Below are positions 6,856-14,203 of a stretch of DNA of 14,203 bases, in pieces. The notes under the pieces were generated by a model. The model did no database searches, was not told the origin of the DNA, and was given only the letters and a program-made list of their open reading frames with translations. The stretch's first letter is position 1. Each line of letters starts with the position of its first letter. Position numbers and translations under genes: made by a program. The stretch is from Vulcanisaeta sp. AZ3 (GTDB taxonomy: Archaea; Thermoproteota; Thermoprotei; Thermoproteales; Thermocladiaceae). Location of the stretch: contig JZWU02000034.1 of NCBI GenBank assembly GCA_000960865.2, positions 1 through 14,203 of the forward strand, in the 5' to 3' direction.

Positions 6856-7965
6856 GTGGGATTAATAAGTGACCGTATTAAAAGTCTCTCAAACCTTTTT
6901 GATGAATTAAGTCTTGATATAATCGTAATGGTTAATCAGGCGAACCTGGAATACTTCACGGGCATTGAGGGAAGCTTAGCCTTAATTGTAGATAGATCGT
7001 TAAACCCTACGTTGATCGTGCCGAGACTTGATTTCCATAGGGTTAAGGATATTGTTGATAATGATACAAATGTTGTTGGATATTCAACGGTTGAGGTTCC
7101 ACCTAGAATGCCTGAAGAGAGGTTGTTTGTATCTAAGGGTTTAGGTGATTACTTACTGAAGGAGGTTAGCCTTGGCCCAAATAGTATTGTTGGCATTGAT
7201 AACCCAGACTCAGCGGTCGCTAAGGAACTTAAATCTGCCGATATTAAGATAATAAACATAAACGATAACGTGCTGGACATTAGGAAGATTAAGGATGAGT
7301 ATGAGGTTAAGATGATTGAGGAGGCAACTAGGATAACTGAGGAGGCCCTCGACGAGGTAATTAAAGGTGGACTTGCAGGTAAGAGCGAGAATGAAGTCGC
7401 CGCAATGCTCTATCAAAAGATGATTAACAGTGGTGCTGAGGATGTGGCTTTCAGACCCATAGTTGCTTCAGGGCCTAATGGTGCTTATCCTCACCACATA
7501 TTCACGAGTAGGGTTATTAGTAGGGGTGAGCTTGTTACTATAGATGTTGGGGCTAGGTACCGCCTATACTGTACTGATATTACTAGAACGGTTGCTATAG
7601 GACAGGTGAGCAGAGGGCTCAGGGATTTGGCATTGGCAGTCCTTGAGGCTTATAGGAAAGCTGTTAATTATGTTAGGCCTGGCGTTAAGGCGAAGGATGT
7701 AGATGCGGTGGCAAGGGATGTGCTTTCTGAGTATGGTTATGATAAGTACTTTATACATAGCCTTGGGCATGGTGTTGGGGTTGAGGTTCATGAAAAACCT
7801 ACTATTGGTCCTTCAAGTGATGAGGAGTTAGGTACAAACTTTGTGATAACGATAGAACCTGGCGTTTATATTAAAGGTGCTGGTGGTGTCAGGATTGAAG
7901 ATACGATATTAATCACGGAAGGTGGTTCAAGACCTATTAGTAAGTATCCGATAGAGTTATTCTAA
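6856..7965 (+). CDS. pepQ: Xaa-Pro dipeptidase/aminopeptidase (M24B, prolidase-like)
   Basis: Creatinase-like N-domain (NLEYFTG), RKIKDEYE, IVASGPNGAYPHH, and metal ligands in IDVGA, TDITRT, HSLGHGVGVEVHE, TIEPG and GVRIED. Confidence 0.93.
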   Translation: MGLISDRIKSLSNLFDELSLDIIVMVNQANLEYFTGIEGSLALIVDRSLNPTLIVPRLDFHRVKDIVDNDTNVVGYSTVEVPPRMPEERLFVSKGLGDYLLKEVSLGPNSIVGIDNPDSAVAKELKSADIKIININDNVLDIRKIKDEYEVKMIEEATRITEEALDEVIKGGLAGKSENEVAAMLYQKMINSGAEDVAFRPIVASGPNGAYPHHIFTSRVISRGELVTIDVGARYRLYCTDITRTVAIGQVSRGLRDLALAVLEAYRKAVNYVRPGVKAKDVDAVARDVLSEYGYDKYFIHSLGHGVGVEVHEKPTIGPSSDEELGTNFVITIEPGVYIKGAGGVRIEDTILITEGGSRPISKYPIELF

Positions 7966-8052
7966 AATTAATAAGATCAAAAGTTTCGATTTGCGCTACG
8001 GTTAAATAATTTATTCATTAGCTTAATAAGCATCGAAACCACTAACTCATTG

Positions 8053-8328
8053 ATGAATCTACACAATAAGATTGATCTAATGATTTTTAAGATAATGATT
8101 GCAAGAGAAATTTCGAGAACTGGTGGCATTAACGTTAAGGATTTCCCTAGTTTAATATCTAAGGTAGTTCGTTATATGAATTATGATCATCTAATTAATC
8201 CAGATGATCTTGTTTATTTGCTTGATATATTATCGATAAATGGTGATAAAATTACACTAAGTGACGATGGTATTCACTATCTAGGGATTATTGAGGAACT
8301 TATTAATGATATCTCTAAGATTATGTAA
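8053..8328 (+). CDS. Small hypothetical protein, possible winged-helix fold
   Basis: About 91 aa; ends LSINGDKITLSDDGIHYL, resembling a wHTH wing (LTxxG-type) plus helix. AT-rich promoter-like region upstream; 48-bp convergent overlap with the HD gene. Confidence 0.5.
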   Translation: MNLHNKIDLMIFKIMIAREISRTGGINVKDFPSLISKVVRYMNYDHLINPDDLVYLLDILSINGDKITLSDDGIHYLGIIEELINDISKIM

Positions 8329-9987
8329 TGTCTCATTCATCGCCATTATTACGATGCTTTTAAGCTCATCTAAGATCATGTTCGTATTGCCATTCGGACA
8401 ATTCTCCTTAATTTTCGTTAGATCCACGAAAGCAAATACATGAGGAGATTTCTTCCATGAATCAGATACCGATTGTATAAGTGGTGATACATCGTTTATG
8501 CCAATTAACTTACTACCATGCATCATTACCAATTCAGCCCCTGGCTCAAAGACCCTAGAGCCTATTATTATTACTGAATTCAATTCCTCATCAACATCAC
8601 TTAACTTACTTAAGCAGGGTATTTTAGCCTCATGTAACTTACTACGTAACATACCATAAAACGCCTCCAAAACAGTATCCTTGACCTCCCCTTTACTCAA
8701 TAGATATGGGAAGACCTCATTTATTAATTCAAGATTTACGTTATGTTTATTAACAAGCTCCATGAAATCGAAATCCCTCTTCCATAAGGCCTTATAGTCA
8801 GTACTCCTCATTATGAGGGGGTCTAAGTATTTGGAGATTCCCCTTATCCTATTGATTAAGTGTTGCCTATTTCTTAGCATTAATGATATTAAGTAGTCGT
8901 CAATTATCTCCATAATATCATAACCGTGCAATAAGCCTGTGGAGAAGTGGTAAAGTTTGCATAAGTATTCTCTAACCTCATCATTAAGTTCATCATAGTG
9001 CCTCAATAATTCGCCCATTAAATTTCTGGCTAATGTATTAAATAATACAACCTTATGGTGCAGATATACCAATTTGTACGTGTTAAACCTAGCCAATATA
9101 AATCCCTCAAGGTTTGCCTTAGCCTTCTCGTCAAAAGTAATAACATACTTACCATCATCAATAACAACCCTCATATTATCAATTATCCTCTCGATATCCC
9201 CAACACCCACGCTTAAGCCTACCCTAGCTCCCGTCAGTTGAGAATCCCTTAATATATATTCTACCCTATCGGCATCGAAGTCTCCCGAGATTAAACTCCT
9301 CAGTATATTCAATCTTCCTAGATAATCACCGACTAAGTTCAGGAAATCCCTATCTTCTTGACCGACTACCTCTGAGTACTGTGGTATTAACATTAATCTA
9401 TTTATCATGTTACTATGCAATAAGGCCTTTACTATACGTAAATCAACATTAGGCATTACTTCTTTTATAGTCTTTCTAAACTCACTATTATTAGTGAGGA
9501 TAAAGTATGTTATTAATTCATGTTCCTTAAAGGAGCCCTTGAAGATACGGCCTAAGGAAGCTTCATGAGAATCCCAACTACAATTACTTATTAAGTGGTT
9601 TATTTCCTGACCGAAGACACCTTCAAATACGTGTGAAAATGGTAAGTGACCCAAATCATGAAGTAACGCTGCTATTCTCACATGGAGTAATAATTCATGT
9701 TCCGTATCAAGACCTATATACTTACTAAAATCCAGTAATTGTTCATGAATGCTATCAAGGCCCATGAGTCTCTCAAACATTAAAGTTATAACCTGTAGAG
9801 CTCCTAGGGAATGTTCAAACCTAGTATGATGGGCTGATGGATAGACCATGTAAGTAAATCCCAATTGCCGTATGTGCCTTAGCCTCTGCACAAACTTACA
9901 AGAGTCTATAAATCTTGCTTCCTCATCGGTAAGCTTAATCCAACCAAGTACTGGATCTGCAATCATTTTTGTGTAATTAAGGGGCAT
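8281..9987 (-). CDS. HD-domain phosphohydrolase, SAMHD1/dNTP triphosphohydrolase-like
   Basis: IADPVLGWI, QRLRHIRQLG, YPSAHHTRFEHSLG, AALLHDLGHLPFSHVFE, DADRVEYILRD and VYLHHK match the H...HD...D signature of this family. Confidence 0.9.
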   Translation of the reverse strand: MPLNYTKMIADPVLGWIKLTDEEARFIDSCKFVQRLRHIRQLGFTYMVYPSAHHTRFEHSLGALQVITLMFERLMGLDSIHEQLLDFSKYIGLDTEHELLLHVRIAALLHDLGHLPFSHVFEGVFGQEINHLISNCSWDSHEASLGRIFKGSFKEHELITYFILTNNSEFRKTIKEVMPNVDLRIVKALLHSNMINRLMLIPQYSEVVGQEDRDFLNLVGDYLGRLNILRSLISGDFDADRVEYILRDSQLTGARVGLSVGVGDIERIIDNMRVVIDDGKYVITFDEKAKANLEGFILARFNTYKLVYLHHKVVLFNTLARNLMGELLRHYDELNDEVREYLCKLYHFSTGLLHGYDIMEIIDDYLISLMLRNRQHLINRIRGISKYLDPLIMRSTDYKALWKRDFDFMELVNKHNVNLELINEVFPYLLSKGEVKDTVLEAFYGMLRSKLHEAKIPCLSKLSDVDEELNSVIIIGSRVFEPGAELVMMHGSKLIGINDVSPLIQSVSDSWKKSPHVFAFVDLTKIKENCPNGNTNMILDELKSIVIMAMNETLHNLRDIINKFLNNP

Positions 9988-10044
9988 TTACACCAATAAT
10001 CGAACTAATTCTTTAATAATTATTTATCTTTAAGTAAACACTAA

Positions 10045-11220
10045 ATGAACATAAACAGTGCCACAATAATTGGCGCAGGACCCAGCGGGTTATTCTTAGC
10101 CAAGGAGTTGAGTAAGGTGCTAAATGTGACTGTGTTTGAGGAGGATAGAATGCTTGGTGTACCACCGCATTGCACAGGGCTTGTTAATAGTGATTCATTA
10201 AAGGCGCTTGGAATCTCACCACCAATAATAGGTACCTATAGGTATGTTAGAATTGTTGACCTTGAGGGTCACGGTATAACCTTCGATTTTGGGAGAGGCG
10301 CCATAGTCATGGTTGATAGGCCAGGCTTGGAGCATTACTTAGCTGATGAGGCCGGTAGTGTCAGTTTCATTCTGGGAGAGAGAGTTCTAGGTGTGGGTGG
10401 GGGTCTTGTGAGGACGAGGTCTAGGAATAATAAGTATGAGGTTGCCGTTATTGCCGAGGGGGCTAGTGCTACATTAAGTAGAAGCGTGTTACCTTGGGAA
10501 CCTAGCTACGTGTATGGCGTTCAGACAGATACTAAGGCCCGTTCAACTAATGATTTAATGCCTAGGGTTAATGATGAGATTGTGGTAATATTTGATAGGA
10601 GATTAAGTAACCATTTCTTTGCATGGATAGTCCCCAAAGACACTGGGGAGTTTAGGGTTGGGATTGCTGATAATAGTAATACCTGGACTAAGTTTATGGA
10701 ATTATTGAAGATAATCAATGCAGGGCATTATAAGCCCTTTGGTGGTAAGATAATCATTGGTGGTTCTCCTAATCATGTGGTTGAGGGGGATGTCGCCATT
10801 ATAGGTGATGCGGCTGGCTTCGTAAAGCCAATGACGGGTGGCGGAATAATAATGGGTATGCTAAGTGCCAAACTACTTTCGGATAGTCTATACATGGCGA
10901 TGAAGGAGGGATTGTCGGTCACTGATGCTTTATTAATTTATGATAATGCGTATAGGAGGTTCGTTAGAGATAAGGTGAAGGCATTAGGTGCTGCATCATA
11001 TTTGCTTCATATGATGATTAATAAAAGCTTGAGTGAGATTACGAATGTAGTGAATGGTTTGAATATTAAGGTTTATGACTTTGATAATCACATTGAGGCG
11101 TTGATGAGGATGGCATCTAGAAGGCCTTCTGTGTTTATTAAGGCAATTATGTTCGTAATGAACGAGCTATCATTTATGGAGATAGGTAGTATTCGTAGAT
11201 TAATGAGGTCTTTAATTTAG
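10045..11220 (+). CDS. Geranylgeranyl reductase-family FAD-dependent oxidoreductase (DGGGPL reductase-like)
   Basis: Rossmann GAGPSG, PHCTG (conserved Cys), AEGA, FAWIVP (YxWxFP-like) and GDAAGFVKPMTGGGI. Confidence 0.87.
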   Translation: MNINSATIIGAGPSGLFLAKELSKVLNVTVFEEDRMLGVPPHCTGLVNSDSLKALGISPPIIGTYRYVRIVDLEGHGITFDFGRGAIVMVDRPGLEHYLADEAGSVSFILGERVLGVGGGLVRTRSRNNKYEVAVIAEGASATLSRSVLPWEPSYVYGVQTDTKARSTNDLMPRVNDEIVVIFDRRLSNHFFAWIVPKDTGEFRVGIADNSNTWTKFMELLKIINAGHYKPFGGKIIIGGSPNHVVEGDVAIIGDAAGFVKPMTGGGIIMGMLSAKLLSDSLYMAMKEGLSVTDALLIYDNAYRRFVRDKVKALGAASYLLHMMINKSLSEITNVVNGLNIKVYDFDNHIEALMRMASRRPSVFIKAIMFVMNELSFMEIGSIRRLMRSLI

Positions 11221-11222
11221 GC

Positions 11223-12350
11223 TTATCTCGTAATTCTCATGATACTCTCCATCTCCTTTATTAAGCGGTCGCCAGGGCCTCCGTGGAACCACTTTATTAT
11301 TGGGTCTAAACGATTAATGGTCTCCTCGGCGATTGCATTCTTGAGGTCAAGTGGGTGTATTTTACCCTCAACATATGCTTTAACAAACTCCTCAAATGTC
11401 CAAAACTCCATACGGCCGCCCCCGTACTGCTGCGGTCTCTCTATTATGAAGGGTTTATCCCTATTCTCCCTGAAGGCAAATATGTGGGTTAGCTCAATGA
11501 TTGGGTTCATCTTGATCTCCCTCGGCGGGCAGTAGGCCCTTAATATCTTCTGTCTAATCTCTTCGGCCGTATCATGTAGGAATATCGCGGTGTCAGGTAA
11601 GGACTTACTCATTTTAAGTTCACTCAATTCCTCCTTAGATTCCTTACCCGTTATGTTAAGGGCTGGTATTAAGCTGTGGAATAGGGCTATAGGCTTAACT
11701 CTCTCTCCATTAAGCATTAATGGGTAAAACCTAACCTTTAGAGCAAGCTCTCTGGCTAGGACATATGCCTTTCTCTGATCAATACCACCATGAGCTATGT
11801 GAGAACCTATAACAAAGACATCAGCTACTTGTAATAATGGATATACGAGCCACGACATAGGTATTGCCTCTCCCATCTTCCTACCAAGTATTGTTAGGCT
11901 ATGCCTAGCATCGGCTAGGTTCGTCATCCTAGCTAGATCAAGTATTAGGTACCAATAATCATCATTATTATGATACAACTCACTAGCCATGTAGAACTTA
12001 ACTCCATCAGGATCACCACCAAGCACCTCAACAATCTTCCTAAACGTCTCCCTATAATACGTATTCGCCACCCTCCTTATAGTATCAAGATCACCACCGA
12101 GCTTGTTATTGAGCCATGAATGTATGTCAGCCAATAATATGGATACCTCAACTCCAGCCTTTTGTAGGTCTACAACTTTAGATAAACTTACAATACCCGA
12201 ACCAATATGGATATAACCACTTATCTCAAAGCCTATGTAATGCCTCAACTTATCTCCTGTCTCCAAATACTGCCTTAACTCATCCACGGTGAGTACCTCC
12301 TCTGTTGGGTACCTAGTTATTAATGCCAACCTATCCTCAGTATCCATCAT
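11223..12350 (-). CDS. tyrS: Tyrosine--tRNA ligase (archaeal type)
   Basis: [13 protein letters not shown] (HIGH-like), [33 protein letters not shown] and IHPLDLK. Start is ATG 12350 or 12347. Confidence 0.96.
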   Translation of the reverse strand: MMDTEDRLALITRYPTEEVLTVDELRQYLETGDKLRHYIGFEISGYIHIGSGIVSLSKVVDLQKAGVEVSILLADIHSWLNNKLGGDLDTIRRVANTYYRETFRKIVEVLGGDPDGVKFYMASELYHNNDDYWYLILDLARMTNLADARHSLTILGRKMGEAIPMSWLVYPLLQVADVFVIGSHIAHGGIDQRKAYVLARELALKVRFYPLMLNGERVKPIALFHSLIPALNITGKESKEELSELKMSKSLPDTAIFLHDTAEEIRQKILRAYCPPREIKMNPIIELTHIFAFRENRDKPFIIERPQQYGGGRMEFWTFEEFVKAYVEGKIHPLDLKNAIAEETINRLDPIIKWFHGGPGDRLIKEMESIMRITR

Positions 12351-12397
12351 AATTAATCCTGGAGCAAGATAATTAAGTTTTATTGAGTAAAATTCGT

Positions 12398-12838
12398 GTG
12401 GTTAGGGTCGTGATTGATACTATCAAGGCCTGGGGGCACATGAATGTTAGGGCTACACATAGGACTACCATTGAGATCACGAGGGATGATTACTTGACAC
12501 CCAGGGGCGATTGTATTATTGGTGTTAGAGCTGATAAGGGATTGTTTGATCTTAAACCTGGGCTTAAGGAGATTATTAGGAAGGATAATTCAATAATCAT
12601 AGTAATCTTCGTGGTTGATGATCTACTGGACTACGTTGTAGGCTTTGGTTCGTCGAAATTAACACTAAGTAATGGCAGTAAGTTGATAATTAGGAGGAGT
12701 AGTTATGTTAACGACGCGACTCTAATGATAGGGGCTAGTAAGGCCGCGGTGGATCTAAGTAGGGAGTTCGTAGATAGGTTAAAGAAGGGTAAACCCTTAA
12801 TTATGTATATTGTGGGTGTTGATCTTGAGCAGAATTGA
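12398..12838 (+). CDS. DUF371-family protein (MTH639-like)
   Basis: [38 protein letters not shown] and ASKAAVDL are the hallmark motifs of this archaeal family. Start is uncertain (TTG 12383, GTG 12398 or GTG 12410). Confidence 0.85.
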   Translation: MVRVVIDTIKAWGHMNVRATHRTTIEITRDDYLTPRGDCIIGVRADKGLFDLKPGLKEIIRKDNSIIIVIFVVDDLLDYVVGFGSSKLTLSNGSKLIIRRSSYVNDATLMIGASKAAVDLSREFVDRLKKGKPLIMYIVGVDLEQN

Positions 12839-13547
12839 GCAATTGAGAGCAATTGCGCTTAGGAAACTCATACACGTGATTCTCTCAGTATTTTTAATAA
12901 TACCATTTATAATTAATTTAAATGCTTATGGGCTGACGAGGACTTTGTACTTCACGATAATAACCCTAGGGGTCTCAATAATATACGTGATTCAGATTAA
13001 GAGGCCGATAATAACGGTAGTACTACTTGACTCATTAGTCAGTGCAAGGAGGGCAATACGTCAGCAACTCATAAAGTCGCCCTTAAGCTCAGCAATGCCT
13101 CTAGAGGTATTTGATGAAGGGTTAGAGAGACTTGAGAAGACCGTTAGAGATTTACTTGAGAGTGTGGAGAGGGATTATGAGAGGAGAGGTGGTTATTTAG
13201 GTGTTTTAATGGGTACTTTAGGTGTCCTAATAGGTCGATTATTAACTGGTGATTATGTTATTTACGGTATATTATCAGTAATTATTTACGACACTATAAG
13301 CGCATTGAGCGGTATATTGGTGGGTAGAGTTAGGTTACCATATAGTAATGCCACAATTGAGGGTATGCTCTTCGGCATACTCTTTCTCTCAATCATACTA
13401 TACGCCTTCACAGGACAGTTAATAGGTACATTGGCAATCACAGTAACCACAGCCTTGGCCGAGGCATACGGCATCGAGGATAACTTGGCAATACCTGTAG
13501 CATCATCCCTAATGGCCATGGCTATGAAAATGCCAATAATTACATAA
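12825..13547 (+). CDS. SEC59/dolichol-phytol kinase-like (CTP_transf_1 clan) integral membrane protein
   Basis: LRKLIH near the N-terminus, YDTISALSGILVG, ATIEG, AEA and EDNLAIP, with several TM helices. TTG 12825 follows a GGGTG SD site inside the DUF371 gene; the ORF track start is 12810. Confidence 0.78.
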   Translation: MSRIEQLRAIALRKLIHVILSVFLIIPFIINLNAYGLTRTLYFTIITLGVSIIYVIQIKRPIITVVLLDSLVSARRAIRQQLIKSPLSSAMPLEVFDEGLERLEKTVRDLLESVERDYERRGGYLGVLMGTLGVLIGRLLTGDYVIYGILSVIIYDTISALSGILVGRVRLPYSNATIEGMLFGILFLSIILYAFTGQLIGTLAITVTTALAEAYGIEDNLAIPVASSLMAMAMKMPIIT

Positions 13548-13613
13548 CAACTCAGATATTACGATACTTAGTACTTAAAGCAGTGGTTCTAAACATGGCT
13601 TTTCAAGGTAGAA

Positions 13614-14203
13614 TTAGCTGCTGAGTGTTATTTCATTAACCTCATTGTTAATAATTACTAATGATCTCCTACCCCTAACCTCAACCTTAAGCTCACTGTT
13701 CTCTGATTGGGCTCTTATGACGGCCTCACCCCTAACCTCTATCGAACCCAGCCTCATGGGTTTATTAAGGGTAATCCTGTCATTACTTACCATTATTAGC
13801 GTCCCATCCCTTAACTTTATATTGCCACCATCACCGTAAATCACAAGATCAATAGTACCATTCCTATTGAGAGGTATTACCGAACCATACCTAAGGTATA
13901 TAGGTAACTCATTCCTAGCTTCAATCCAAGTCGGCCCCTCATACTCCGCATCATCCCAATAATCCAACCACTTACCACCCGGTAGGTAAACCAGTCTCCT
14001 AGATTCCTTACCCAACTGTGGTGCATAGAGTAGGTATGGCCCCACGTAGAATTCATCATTAATCATATGCACATTATCATCATCCTGATGATAATACACT
14101 AAAGGTCTAAGTATTGGGTGACCTCTCTCATGAGCCTCTAGGGCTAAGGCTGAGAGGTATGGTAAGAACTCATACCTAAGTCTAATTACTTCCCTAACCT
14201 TAT
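13614..14203 (-). CDS. Glycoside hydrolase family 31 (alpha-glucosidase) C-terminal part; 5' end lies outside the window
   Basis: The frame stays open beyond 14099 to the edge: KVREVIRLRYEFLPYLSALALEAHERGHPILRPLVY, then DEFYVGPYLLYAP, VYLPGGKWLDYW and LPIYLRYGSVIP, all typical of GH31. Confidence 0.9.
   Translation of the reverse strand, partial: KVREVIRLRYEFLPYLSALALEAHERGHPILRPLVYYHQDDDNVHMINDEFYVGPYLLYAPQLGKESRRLVYLPGGKWLDYWDDAEYEGPTWIEARNELPIYLRYGSVIPLNRNGTIDLVIYGDGGNIKLRDGTLIMVSNDRITLNKPMRLGSIEVRGEAVIRAQSENSELKVEVRGRRSLVIINNEVNEITLSS

Noticed and set aside
4218-7791. Minus-strand ORFs 4218-4544, 7210-7416 and 7564-7791
   Set aside because: Fully inside longer genes on the opposite strand, with atypical codon usage.
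5540-8328. wHTH proteins as CdvB-like winged-helix partners of the CdvA-like protein
   Set aside because: No Snf7 helical core, several kb away, and the CdvA-like protein lacks the C-terminal binding peptide.
10521-14059. ORFs 10521-10718, 11239-11535, 13286-13519, 13645-13839 and 13877-14059
   Set aside because: Shadow or alternative frames of the reductase, tyrS, kinase and GH31 genes.
1-14203. CRISPR array, tRNA/rRNA, IS element or provirus
   Set aside because: No regularly spaced direct repeats, GC-rich structural RNA segment, transposase or integrase motif, or terminal repeats were seen. Short convergent gene overlaps are ordinary for compact archaeal genomes.

Overview
Gene-dense, AT-rich archaeal chromosomal region. 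Heavy AGG/ATT/GTT codon use, TTTAWAWA boxes about 25 nt before start codons, GGTG-type SD sites and an archaeal TyrRS suggest a thermophilic crenarchaeon, probably Thermoproteaceae (Vulcanisaeta/Caldivirga-like); this is inference only. About 17 CDSs. Recognisable ones: a CdvA-like PRC-barrel/coiled-coil protein, a RimK/LysX-family ATP-grasp ligase, a PfkB kinase, a membrane-anchored winged-helix protein, an Xaa-Pro peptidase (M24B), a SAMHD1-like HD hydrolase, a geranylgeranyl-reductase-family flavoprotein, tyrS, a DUF371 protein, a SEC59/phytol-kinase-like membrane protein and the 3' end of a GH31 alpha-glucosidase. There are also three small Zn-binding proteins and several hypotheticals. 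No rRNA, tRNA, CRISPR array or mobile element was seen. Most notable: an orphan CdvA-like protein lacking the C-terminal ESCRT-III-binding tail in a lineage usually described as lacking Cdv division, and an ATP-grasp ligase followed by a LysW-like Zn-ribbon with an internal DDTGE instead of a terminal EDWGE. All family calls come from motif recognition; no searches were run.
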